Below are positions 1 through 12,900 of a stretch of 54,514 nucleotides of DNA, one piece after another. The number at the start of each line of letters is the position of its first letter. Position 1 is the stretch's first letter. Source of the DNA: Elusimicrobiota bacterium (GTDB taxonomy: Bacteria; Elusimicrobiota; Elusimicrobia; UBA1565); the NCBI GenBank assembly GCA_043819795.1, contig JBDREN010000105.1, forward strand, positions 1 to 54,514, in the 5' to 3' direction. Below the pieces are notes generated by a model. It worked only from the letters and a program-made list of their open reading frames with translations, did no database searches and had not been told where the DNA came from. The position numbers and the translations under genes were made by a program.

Positions 1-950
1 TTTGATGCTCACCCCGTTCGTCGAGGCGGTGTTGTTCGCGTCCTGGTCGTCATCGTCGGCCGAAGCGCTCAGGTCCGCGCCCTCCCCGTCCACGGCCACG
101 GCCACGGGGCACGGCCCGGCCAGGCCGGAGAGTCCGTCCGCGCACTCGAAGCGCACCTCCACGTCGACGTTGCTCCAGCCTTCCAGACCCGTGCCGGGAG
201 CGCTCGAGGCCGTGATGACCGGCGGGGTCCGGTCGATTTTGATCCCCTCCAGCGTCGCCGACGCGCTGTTCCCGGCCAGGTCCGCGACCTCGCCCGATGC
301 GCTAAGGTCCGCCCCCTCGCCCTCCACGGTCTCGGAGCCGGGACAGGCTCCCTCGGCCAGGCCCGAGCCGTTGTCGGAGCAGGCGAAGCTCACCGTCACG
401 TCGCCGCTGCTCCAGCCATCCTGCCCCGTCGCTGCGGAGCGCGAGGCCGTGATGCTGGGCGCCGTCCGGTCGATCTTGATCCCCTCAAGCGTCACCGACG
501 CGACGTTTCCGGCCAGGTCGGCCACCTCGCCCGACGCGCTCAGGTCCGCGCCCTCGCCCTCCACGGTCACGTCGCCGGGGCATGCGCCTTCGGCCAGGCC
601 CGAGCCGTCGTCGGAGCACACAAACGTCACCGTCACGTCCCCGTTGCTCCACCCATCCTGGCCCGTGGCCGCCGAGCTCGACGCCGCGATGGCGGGAAGC
701 ATCCGGTCGATTTTGATCCCCTCGAGCGTCACCGACGCGCTGTTGCCGGCCAGGTCGACGACCGTGGTCGAGAAGCTCAGCTCCGCGCCCTCGCCCGCGA
801 CCGGCTGCGGGTCCGCGCACGCGGGCTCGGGCAGGCCGTGGTTGTCGGAGCACTCCAACGTGATCGCCACGTCCCCGTTGCTCCAGCCATCCTGGCCCGT
901 GCCCGGCGCGCTGGAGACCACGACGGTGGGAGGCGTCATGTCGATCGTCA
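1..950 (-). repeat. At least 4 tandem ~237-bp (79-aa) Ig-like (OmpL47-type, DxAGN-containing) domain repeats at the C-terminal end of the visible giant ORF; the array may continue beyond the window
   Basis: Minus-frame translation gives repeated units ...TAPSITASRSAATGQDGWSSGDVTVSFACSDNGSGLAEGACPG..VEGEGADLSASGEVADLAGNSASATLEGIKIDR... The plus shadow ORF 2..1033 shows the same 79-aa periodicity. Confidence 0.7.
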
Positions 951-3900
951 CGCTCGCGGAGGCCGTCCCCTTGTTGCCCGTCCGGTCCGCCATCTCGAAG
1001 GCCGCAGCGCGCTCCCCCTCCGCCATCGCGTAGGTGGTCTCGGCCGTGGGCTCGCCCTCGATGCGCTGCCCCTCCTCGCCCAGCCCGAAGAGAAGCGTCA
1101 TGCTCCCCGCGCCTTCCGCCAGCACGAAGTAGTCCCGCGGGCTCCCGTCCAGGCTCGCCGTCAAGGTGGCCGGGGCCGCCCCCGAGCCCGTATCCGAGAA
1201 GGCCAAAGCGAACTGGGGGCTGGCGACGTTCTGCAGGGCCCCGGCCGGTACCATCGCGGCCACGGCCGGCGACGTGCGGTCCACAGCGAAGAGCCCGAAG
1301 ATCGAGGCGAGCTCGCTCAGCTCGGCCGACAGGCAGCCGCTCTCCTCGTCTAAGGCCGCGCTCAGTTCCTGCCAGGCGGGCTCGGCGTAGTGGTACAAGA
1401 AAACCTCGCCCGCCGCGACGCCGTTGTCCGCCAGCACCTGCGGGTCGTAGCACATCCTCAGCGCGCCCGCCGGGTCCAAGCTCGCCCCGTGCGGCCCCAC
1501 ATCGTAGAGGCGTCCGACCGGGAACAGGTCCTGGCTGTGGCTGGCCGCCAGCAGATAGGCCCCGTCGCCCGCCGTGTCCACCGCGGAGATGGCGATCTCG
1601 AGCGCGGCGGTGAGGCTCAGCTCCGGCTTGCCGTTGACCTCGTCGGCGCTCTCGAAGGTCCCCAGCGCGTGGATCAGCGCCGTATCCGAGGCATCCTCCT
1701 TGCCGTCCGAGGCGGCCAGCTCGGCCGTGTAGGTGTCGGCCTTCTGCGGCGTGAAGCTCGGCGTCAACGTATCGGCGCCCTCGACGCTCACGGGGTCCCC
1801 GGCCGAGTCCTTGAGCGTCCAGCCGTAGCTGACCGCGTCCTCGGGGTCCTCGTCGAAGGCCGTGCCACTCAAGGCGACCAGATCCCCGACGTCGACGGTC
1901 TGGTCCGCCCCCGCGTCCACCGTGGGCGGCCTGTTCGGAGGCAGGGTGGTCGCGCCGCCCAGGTCCGTGTAAGGCGTCTCGATCCCGTCCTGGTTCCTGG
2001 CCTTCACCCGGGCGTAGTACCCCGTTTCCGGGTCGAGCCCCGTGAACGTGTGGCTCAGATCCGTGATCCAGCCGCTCTCCATCGGGCTCGCGAAGCCCGG
2101 ATCGGCCGCGAGCTGGGCGGAGTACTCCGTCCCGGGCGGGTTCCTGTTGCCGCCCCATGCCGCCGTGACGCGCTGGGAGCGGGCGTCCCGGAAGGAGTCC
2201 GGGGTCCCCTCGAAGGAGAGGACCCTCCGGTTCGAGTGGTCCGCGAACCACAGCGCCCCGCTGCCGTCGAAGGCCATCTCTCGGGGAGCGTCCAGCCTGT
2301 TTTGCGCGGTGGTGTAGATCTCGGACTGGAAGTCCGGCTGGCCCAGGACCGTCGAGGCCGGCATCCCGTTCGAGAAGGGCGGCTCGAAAACCAGGACGCG
2401 GTGATGCCCCGCGTCCACGACATACGCCTTCCCGGAGGCGTCGAAGGCCAGCGAATGGGTGTAGTACGTGTTGGTCTGTGTGGGCGCTGTTGGGAAGGGG
2501 GACGTGAAGGTCTCCTTGCCCAGCACGAGGTTCGGCTCCTCGTAGTTCCCGGATGGCGGGCTGAAGCGCAGCACCCGGAGGTGGCTTCCGTCAGCGACCC
2601 ATATGTTGCCGTCCGCGTCCACGCTCACGCCGCGGGGCTGGTAGAGGTCCTTGCCCAGATGGCGGACTCCGCTGGAGGTGAAGTCCGGCTGGCCCAGGAC
2701 CAGGTCCGCGGCCTGGTGGTCGCTGAAGGGGGGGCTGAAGCGCAGCACCCGGTTGTTCATCATGTCCGCGACCCACATTCTTCCCGAAGCGTCCACAGCG
2801 ACGCCGATCGGTCGGTTGAAGCCGCTCTGCGTGGTGGCCGCTCCGGTCGTCGTGAAGTCCGCCTGGCCCAGGACCAGCGAGGCCTCCATGTGGGTCGAGA
2901 AGGGGCGGTCGAACCGGAGCACGCGATGGTTCTCGGAGTCCGCGACCCACAGATTGCCGGCATTGTCCAGGGCGATGCCGTAGGGATTGCGGAAGGTGCG
3001 CCGATCCGTGCCCCTGCCGGTCGAGGTGAAGTCCGGCTGGCCCAGCACCAGAGAGGCGCTCTGGAGTCCTCCGGCTTGGAGCGGGTCGTAGCGCATCACC
3101 CGGTTCGAGAAGTAGTCGGACACCCAGAGGTTTCCGGATGTGTCGAAGGCCACGCCGATGGGGCCGCACATGCTCGTCTGGGTCGCCGGCTGGCCGTTGC
3201 TCACGTTGCAGTATTCCTTGGTGTTGAAATCGACCTGGCCCAGGACGAGGTCCGCGTTCTGCCCCGTCTCAAAAGACCTCGCCGGCACCGGCCGGCTGGC
3301 GAGGGTGCGCGCGCTCGCCGGGCCGGCGAAGGCGCCAGCCCCCATGGAGTTGACAGCTTGCACACGCGCGCTGTACAGCGTATCGGGGATGAAGCCGCCG
3401 TCGTCGACGCTTGTCGCATCCGTCCGGAACGTATGGACTTCACCGGTGAAGTCGGCGGAGGCCGAAACCTCGAGCGTATAAGACTGGGCGCTCGCGACCG
3501 CGTTCCAATGGAAGCCGAGCCCCCCGGCGCCCGAGGCGGAGGCGGACAGCCCGGTCGGCGCGGGGGGCGGCCCCTCGTAGATCGTGATATCGAAGGTCCT
3601 GGTGAAGATGCTGTCCTGGGCCTGGCCGTCGTCCGCCGTCACCGTGATCGTGACTGTGCCGCTGCGGCCCGCAGCCGGCTGGTAGCTCAAGGTGCGCGTG
3701 TCGCCCGAGCTCGTGATGGCCGGGTCGGGGACGATCAAGGGGTCGCTGGAAACCGCGCTGAAGCTCACCGTCTCGGGGTCGTTGTATCCCGCGAACACCC
3801 CCGTGATCGCGACCGTCGCCTCAGGGCCGTCCATGGGCGCCGCCTGGTCCGCGATCTCGTCGAAGAACGGCGGGTTGTTCACGTTCAGCACGACGATCGA

Positions 3901-6900
3901 CGCCAACGCCGTGTCGGACTCCAGGCCGCCGTCGCTGACCTTGAATCGGACATAGTCGAAGCCGTAGTATCCGGTTTCCGGCGTGTAGGTCAGGTTCGGC
4001 GGCGTGCCCGAGAGGCTCCCGTGGTCCGGTCCGGACACCACGGAGTAGACGGGAGCCTGGCCCGTGCCCCTCAGCGTGAGGGCCACGGCGGTGTTCTCCT
4101 GCGTCTGGACGGACAACGCCTCGGCGGCCGGGAAGCTGACGCCGGAGCCGAAGATCTGGACGCGGTTGTTGCCCGCGTCCGCCACGCAGATCCTGCCGCC
4201 CGCCCCGCTCGCCACGTCGAGGGGATCGATGAACTGGCCTTGGCCCGAGCCGTAGCCTCCCCACTCGGTGAGGTGGCTCCCCGAGGCGTCGAACTTCTGG
4301 ACCCGGGCGTTGTTGTCCGACGGGTTGTAGGGGTTCCTGGGCTCCGTGATGAACACGTTCCCGGAAGAATCCGTCCCGACGCCGTAGGGATACTTGATCT
4401 GGCCCTTTCTGCTGCCGTAGCTGTCCCATTTCCCCAGGAAGGTCCCGTTGGGGTCGAACATCTGCACGCGGTTATTGCGGGGGTCGCTCACCACGATATT
4501 GCCGGAGGCGTTCACCGCGATGCGCTTCGGCTCGTTGAACTGCCCGTCGCCGGTCCCGGAGCTCCCCCACTTCAGCAGGAATGTCCCGTTGGAGTCGAAC
4601 TTCTGCACCCGGTTGTTCCTGTCCGCCACATAGACGTTGTTGGCCGAGTCGACGGCGAGGCCGCTCGGGAGGGAGAACTGGCCGTCGCCGCTCCCGTTGT
4701 TGCCCCACTTCGTGATGAACTCCCCCGTCGGCCCGAGTTTCTGGATCCGGTAGTTGTAGAAGTCGGCCACATAGATGTTCCCCGCCGCGTCGACCGCCAC
4801 GTCGATGGGCCTGTAGAACTCGCCGTCTCCGCTGCCGTGGCCGCCCCCGGCCTTGCCCCATTTGGCCAGAAACCGCCCCATGGGGTCGAACTTCTGTATC
4901 CGGTCGTTGTTGGTGTCGGCCACGTAGATGTTGCCCGAGGAGTCCATCGCCACCGCGTTCGGGGCGTTGAGGCTCCCGTCGACGCCTCCGCCCCAATCCT
5001 CGATGAAGCCGCCCTCGGTATCCCACTGCCGCACCGTGTTCAACGAGTAGTTGGGGACGTACACGATGCCCGACGGGCCGACATGGATGTCCGCGGTGGC
5101 GTCATTGACGGTCGTGGCCGGGTCGTTGAACGCGTCCCACTCCTTGAGCAGCTGCCCCGTCGAGGAGTATTTCTTGACGCCCGAGTAATACGGCCATTCG
5201 CCCTGGCGGGCCACGACATACACCCTGCTGAAGCGGTCCACCGCCAGATCGGGGTAGCCGCCCGGGGCCGCCCACGACGCGAGCAGGTTCCCCTCGGAGT
5301 CGAACCGATTGATGCCCATGCTCACTCCCGTGGCGTAGACGTCGTTCCGGGAGTCCACGGCCACGCTCTGGATGTAGTTGCCCCCTGCCCAGGACTTCAA
5401 GAACTGGCCCTGCGCGTCGAACTTCTGGATGCGGGCACCTCCCGCATACTCCCCGACGTAGACGTTGCCGTCGGCGCCCACGTCGATGCCGAAGGGACCG
5501 CCGTTGAACTGGCCGTTGCCGGTGCCAGCGCTCCCCCACGTCAGCAGCTGGTTCCCCTCCGAGTCGTACTTGATGATCCGGTTGTTGTCCCGGTCCGACA
5601 CGTATACGTAATCGCCGGAAGAATCCACGCCGACGCCGCCCAAGTACCGGAAGCTTCCGAAGGTCTTGAGGTGGTTGCCCGCCGGGTCATGCTTGTGGAC
5701 GCAGCAATAGTTCTGGCCCACGTAGATGTTGCCGGCGTTGTCCGTCGCGATCTTGAACGCGGAGAACTTGACCGCCTTTCGGGGGATCTGCGCCAGGAAC
5801 GGCGGCGGGCTCTCCGGGGGGGGCACCACCGAGATGTTCACAGCGGCCGGCACGGAGTCCACGACCCCGTCGTTGACCGTGAAGGTGAAGCCGTCCCCTC
5901 CCAGATAGCCCAGAGCGGGCAGGTAGGTCACACCGGGCGGCGTCCCCTCCAGCGTCCCGTTGGAGGGCTGGGTGACGACGGCGAAGGCGAGCGCGGCTCC
6001 CTCGTTGTCCGATCCGGTCAGGGTGATCTGCCGGGCCCCGTTCTGGACCGCCTGCGCCGTCTGCGGATCGGCCACCGGCCGGTCGTTGCGGACCGCGGTC
6101 ACGAGGGCCGTGTCGTCGGTGCTGAGCCACCCGTCGCTCACCGTCAGCCGCACCTCGTACGTCCCGTATGCGTCGGCCTGGAACTGAGCCTTGTCGACGG
6201 GGGGTGACACCGTGATCTCCAAACGCGGGCGCTGCGCAGCGTCGCCTTCCGCGGGCACGATATAGACGAGTTCTTGCGTGGGTATGGAGACTTCGTTGGT
6301 CGCCCGGATGCGGAACTGGGGCGCCAAACCGCGGCTCAAAGCCTCCCGCACGGCCGCGGTCACGTCCAGAGACGTGTACCCTCCCCGGACGGCGCTCCCC
6401 AAGAACGTCGCCACACCGGCGAGCACCGGCGGCTGGGCGTCGTCCGTGAGCTCGAGCGTGTCCCCGAAATCGACCAGGTCCACGATGACCGGTCCGATGT
6501 CCACGTCATACGCTGAGGACACGTAGAGCTTCAAAATGGCGCGTTCGACGGTGGCGCCCGGCGGCATGAAGGAAACGTCGAACCCCATGAACGAGCGGAC
6601 GGGGCGGTTCCCGCCGAAGTCCCCGGCGAACAGGGTGTAGCCGGTGTTGACACCGTCGGGCGTCGCTCCCGCGAACTGGATATAGCCGTCAAGGTACGGC
6701 CCGCTCGCTCCCGGCGTCGAGATCACGTTTTCGGTCTGCGTGAAGCCGCTGACCGCGCTTCCGGCCGGTTTCGTCAGAATGCTCCACGTATAGCTGATGG
6801 GACGTTCCTCCGCGTCGTAGCTCCCGCTGCCGTCCACCATGGCCACGGCCCACTGCGGCAGCTCCAGGTCCGGGCCCGCGTCCGCCACCGGGGCGATGTT

Positions 6901-9900
6901 GGGCGGGCGGACGAAATACATCACGCGGTAATTCCCGGTGTCCGCCACGGCCAGGTTCCCAAGGCGGTCGAAGGCCACTCCGTAGACCTCGCATATCCGG
7001 CTTTGAGACCGTCCGCACCCCGTCGTGTTGAATTCGGTCCGTCCCAGGACACGCGAGGCGGCCATGCCGGTCTCGAACGGCGGCCTGAACCCGAACACGC
7101 GGCTGTGGTCGGAGCCGGCGACCCACAGGCTGCCTTCGGCGTCGAAGGCGATGGCGTCGGGATAGGAGAGCCTGGTCGGGCCGTAGGGATACCTGGTGTT
7201 GGACGTGAATCCGTCCTGGCCGATGACGAGGTCCGCGCTCATCCCGGTGCTGAACCCGTTGACGGGATCGGGCCTGAAGCGCAGGATCCGGTGGTTGTCC
7301 CTCTCCGAGACCCACAGGTCGCCCGAGGCGTCGAAAGCCACCGCGCGCGGCGAGTTCATGGCGCCGGCGGTGGTGCCGGCCCCGCTCAGCCCGAAATCGC
7401 TCTGCCCGATGACGAGTTCCGCGCTCATCGCGCTGGAGAAGCCCTGGAGGGGGTCCGGCGAGAAGCGAAGGACCCTGTGGTTGCGCGTGTCCGCGAGCCA
7501 GAGTCTGCCGTTCCCGTCGAAGCCCACGTCCCGAGGCCCATCCAGCTCGCCGGCTCCCGAGCCCGCGGCGTTGGCCTCGAAACCGGCCTGGCCGAGCACC
7601 AGGTCCGCGTCCATCCCGTCGCCGAACGGCGGGGTGAAGCGCAGAACGCGGTTGTTTCCGCTGTCGGCCACCCAGAGCCTCCCGGCGGGGTCGAACGCCA
7701 TTCCGTTGGGAGAGTTGAGCCTGTCCGCCGCGAGGCCGGAGCCGCCGTCCGCGAGGTTCTCCTGGCCCAGGACCAGGGACGGCTCCGCGCCCGTGCCGAG
7801 CGGGGCATCGTAGCGCAGCACGCGGTGCTTGCTCCCGTCGCTCATCCAGACGTTGCCCGATCCGTCGAAGAGCGTCCGCAGCGCGTTGACGCTTCCGAAT
7901 GCCGCGTAATCCGGAGCGCCTAGCACCACGCTCGCGTCCTGGCCGTTCTGGAAGGCGCCATGCGAGGCGGCCGGCGGAGCGTGCGCGGTGATCTCCACGG
8001 TGTCCTGGTCCGTGCCCCCTTCGCGGCCGTCGGACACGGTCAGCCGCAGCGTGTAGACGCCCAGGGAATCCGCCACGAAAGCGGCCGCGGTCTCGCCCGC
8101 CCGGTGATGGAGGACCGGGCCGCCGCCGGGAGAGGACACGATCTCCCAGCCCGCGATGCTCACCGGATCGCCGTCCGGGTCGCTGCCGCCGCCCTCCACC
8201 ACGACCAGCTCCCCCTGGTCCACAGTCCGGTCCGGTCCCGCGTCGGCCGCGGGGGGCGCGTTGTCGGACCGGGTCGTCGTGCCGCCCAGGAGCGTGTACG
8301 TGGTCTCCACGCCCATCTGGCCCTTGGCCTTGACCCGCGCGTGATAGGCCGTCTCCTTCCGCAGGCCGGGGAAAGTGTGGCTGGTATCGGTGATCCAGCC
8401 GCTCTGGAGCGGCGCCGGGAAGCCCGGATCGTCCGAGAGCTCGACGAGGTACTGCGTGCCCGGCGGATTGCCGGGCGCGGCCCAGCGCACGACGAGCGAG
8501 AACGTGTTCACATAAGGGAAGTTGTCGAGGGTCCCGGCGAAGGCGAGGAGCCTCCTGTTGTTGTAGTCCGCCACCCACAGCGTGCCGTCATGGAAGGCGG
8601 CCCCGCGGGGGTCGTCCAGCCTGTCCGGGCCGAGACCGGAGGCGCCCGAGGTGAAATCCGCCTGCCCGAGCGCCGCGGCCGCCGGCATCCCGTCGGACAG
8701 AGGCGGGTCGAACACCATGACGCGATGGTTGGTCTCGTCGCCCACGAAGACCTTGCCGGTCGGGTCGATAGCGATCCCCCACGTCTTTTTCGTGGCCGTC
8801 CGGGTGGTCTGATAGTCGCTCGCGTAGAGGTCCGGGTTGCCGAGCACGAGGTCCGCGCTCATGCCGTCCTCGAAAGGCGGGCTGAACCGGACCGCCCTGT
8901 TGTGATTGTAGTCCGCCACCCACAGCCTGCCCAGGCGGTCCACGGCCACGTGGTTGGGGTAGTACAGGCTGGCCGGACGGGCGACGTACTCGTAATGCGC
9001 GATGATGCGCGTGGCCGCCATCCCGTTGGAGAATGGCGGGCTGAATAGGAGCACCCGGCTGTTGTGCCGGTCGGCCACGAAGACGTTGCCCGCGCCGTCG
9101 GCGGCCACGCCGGCGGGCTGGTACATCCGGCTCAGATCGTTCCCATAGACGTAGCTGCGGGTCGTGAAGCTGTCCTGGCCGAGCACCAGCGAGGCGGCCA
9201 TGTCCGTGCCGAAGGGCGGCTTGAACATCAGCACGCGGTTGTTCTGCCGGTCCGCGACCCACAGGTTGCCGTGGGGGTCGAAGGCGATGGATTCCGGATA
9301 CCAGAACCTCCTCTCGCTCACCCCGGCGTCTATGAAGTCGAAGCCGGCCTGGCCCAAGACCAGGGTCGCGTCCCGCAGGCCGGTGTGCGGCGGCTCGAAC
9401 ATGAGGATGCGGTGGTTCTCCATCTCCACCACCCACAGGTTGCCCGACGCGTCGAAAGCCATGTCGACAGGGCTGTTGATGCTAGCCCGGCTCGGCCCGA
9501 ACGCCGCGTTCGAGCTCGCATCGGCCTGTCCCAGCACCGCCTGCGCCGCCTGGCCGGTCTGGAAGCTATAGTAAGGCGCGGGGGCATAGACGGATGTGGT
9601 GCCGCTCGCCGCGGCGCAGAACGAGCTCTCCCCTCCGGAGTTCGCGGCCTTGACCCGGACGTAGTACAGCGTGTCGGGCGAAAGCCCTATGACCGAGGCC
9701 CTGTTCGTCTCCACGAGCTGGGAGAGCACCTCCCCCGTGAACCCGGCGGCGACCGAGGCCTCGACCGTGTAGGTCTCCGCCCCGGCCGAGGTGGCCCACT
9801 CCGCCTCCAGCGAGGTCGCCGTCGCGCCCGCGATCCCCAGACCGGAAGGCGCGGCCGGAGCGGCCTCGTAGACCGTGATGGCGAAGCTGCGCGAGAAGGT

Positions 9901-12900
9901 GTCGCCCGGCGGCCGGCCGTCGTCCGCCGTGACCGTCACCGTGACCGTCCCGCTCCGCCCCGGCGCCGGCTGGTAGCTCAGGCTGCGCACAGCGCCCGCC
10001 CCCGTGATCACCGGGTGCGGCACGACCGAGGGATCGCTGGACACCGCGCTCATGCCGACGGACTCCGGATCGTTGTAGCCCGCCGACACCCCCCCGATCG
10101 GGACCGTCTCCGCAGGGCCGTCCATGGGCGACGCCTGGTCCGCGATCGCGTCGAAGGAGGGGGGATCGTCCGCGTTGCGCACCACGATCGCCGCCGCCGC
10201 CGGAGCCGACTCCACGCCGCCCGCGCTCACCTTGAAGACGACGGCGTCGAAGCCGTAATACCCGCTCTGCGGCGTGTAGCTCAGGTTCGGCGCCGCTCCC
10301 GACAAGCTCCCGTGCTCCGGCCCCGACACCACCGTGTACGCCAGCCCCTGCCCCGTGCCCGTCAGCGTGATCGCCACGGCGGCGTCCTCCTGCGTCTCGA
10401 CGGCCTGCGCGTGGGCCACCGGCGGCGGGGCGCCCGCGCCGAAGACCTGAACCCGGTTGTTCTCGTTGTCCGCCACGTAGACCCTGCCGTCCGGACCCAC
10501 GGCCGCGTCCCTGGCGTACCGGAACTCCCCGGCGTCCGTACCCAGCGTCCCCCACGTCGTGAGCAAGCCGCCGGCCGCGTCGAACTTCTGCACCCGCGAG
10601 TTGTTCTGCCCCGGATCCAGGGGATTGCCGGCGTCGGTCAGATAGACGTTCCCCGAGGAATCCAGCGCCAGGCCGGCGGGATACTCCAGCTGGCCGTTCC
10701 GGTCCCCCGGGACTCCCCACTTGCTCAGGAACACCCCGTTGGGATCGAACACCTGCACGCGATGGTTGCGCGTGTCCGCCACCACGATGTTGCCCGACGC
10801 GTCCACCGCCACGCGCTCCGGCCTGTCGAACTCGCCGTTGCCCGCGCCCGGGGCGCCCCAGGAGGCGAGCAGGTTCCCGTTGGGGTCGAATTTCTTGACC
10901 TTATTGTTGTATTGGTCCATCACGTAGACGTTCCCGCCGGCGTCCACGGCGATGCCGGAGGGGAGGTAGAACTGGGTGTCCCCGCTCCCGCAGCCCCCTC
11001 CCCATTTCGTCGCGAAATTCCCGCCCGCGTCGAATTTCTGGACCCGGCAGTTATAGAAGTCCACCACGTACATGTTGCCGCTCCCGTCGACCGCCACGTC
11101 CATGGGCCTGTTGAACTGGCCGTCCCCGCCGCCCGAGTAGCCCTCCTCCCTGCCCCACCTGGCCACGAACCGCCCCGCCGGGTCGAACTTCTGCACCTGG
11201 TTGTGGTTCGTGTCGGCCACGTACACGTTCCCGGATGCGTCCACCGCCACGCCCGAAGGTCCCGCAAGGCTGCCGGGGCTCGTCCCGCCGAACTCGTCTA
11301 TGAGCCCGCCCTCCGCCGTGTAGCGCACCACCTTCCCCTCCCCGTGCCAATGGCCCGCGTATACGATCCCCGACGCGTCCACCGCCAGGTTCCCGACGTA
11401 GTCGCTGTCCGTGCGCCACTCCGCGCTCAGCAGCCCGTCCGAGGTGAACCGCTTGATCTTGCGCACCACCGGATCCTCGGCCGGCACCGGACGATACGCG
11501 GCGTACACCCGGTCGAAGCGGTCCACCGCCAGGCCGTTGGCGTCCTCCCCGTGCAGGCTCCACGCCGCCAGCTGGTTGCCGCTCGAATCATATTTCAGCA
11601 GGCTCCCCCCGCCCAGAACGAAGACGCCGCCGGTGGAGTCCACCCCCAGCGCCTGCATCCCCGCCCCCACGCTCCACTTCCCGAGAAAGCCGCCGCCCGA
11701 GCTGAACTTCTGCACCCGCTGGCCCGCGTTCTCCAGCACGTACACGTTGCCGGCCGCGTCCACCCCGATGCCGGTCGGCGTCTCGAACTGGCCGTCTCCC
11801 GAGCCCTGAGCGCCCCACTGCATGAGGAAGTTCCCGCCCGCGTCGAACTTCTGCACCCGGTGGTTGCTCGCCCCCGCCACGTACACGTTGCCCGCCGAGT
11901 CGAACGCCATGCCCCCGATCGTCCCGAACTGACCCGCCCCGCCCCCGCCCGCGCCCCACTTCAGCAGCAGGTCGCCCCGGATGTCGTACTTCATGATGCA
12001 GCAGCTGTGCTGCCCCACGTACCAGTTGCCGGACCTGTCCGCCGCCAGCTCGTAGCTCCCGTGCATGCCGGCGGCGCCGGACGGCGGGAGCTGCGCCAGC
12101 AAGGCCGGAGGGGCCTCGGGCAGCGGCACGACCGAGATGCCGACCGCCGCCTCATCGGAGTCCACCACCCCGTCGTTCACCTTGAAGCTGAAGCCGTCCG
12201 CTCCCAGGTAGCCCGGCGCGGGCAGGTAGGTCACGTTGGGAGGCGTCCCCTCCAGCGTCCCGTGCGACGGCGGGCTCACGATGGCGAAGCCGAGCTCCGC
12301 GCCCTCCCGGTCCGAGGCCGTCAGGGTGATGGGCAGGGCCCCGTCACGCACCGCCTGCGCCGTCTGCGCATCGGCCACCGGACGGTCGTTGCGCACCGCG
12401 GTCACCACCGCCGTGTCCACCGAGCTGAGACTCCCGTCGCTCACCGTCAGTTGCAGCTCATACGCCCCGTACGCGTCGGCCTGGAACTGCGCCCTATTCC
12501 ACGCCGGCGAGATCGTGATCTCCAGAAGCGGTCGCTCCGCGGCGGAGCGCTCGCTGGGGCTGAAATAGACCAGGCGTTGAGCGCCGACGGCGTATTCATT
12601 GGCGGCCCGGATCCGGAATTGCGGGACCAACCCGCTGCTCAAGGCCTCCCGCACCGCTTCGGTCACATCCACGGGATGGTATCCCGCCGCCGGATAGTCT
12701 TCCGACAAAAACGTCGCCGCATTCGAGACCAGGGCCGGCTCGGAGTCGTCCTCGAATTCCAGCGCCTCCCCGAAATCCACCAGGTCCACGATCGCGGGCC
12801 CGATCTCGGCGAGGTATCCGCCCCACACGTACATCTTCAGAGTGGCCTTCACGATGCTCGCGCCCGGGGATATGAAGGAAGCGTCGAAGCCCACATAAAC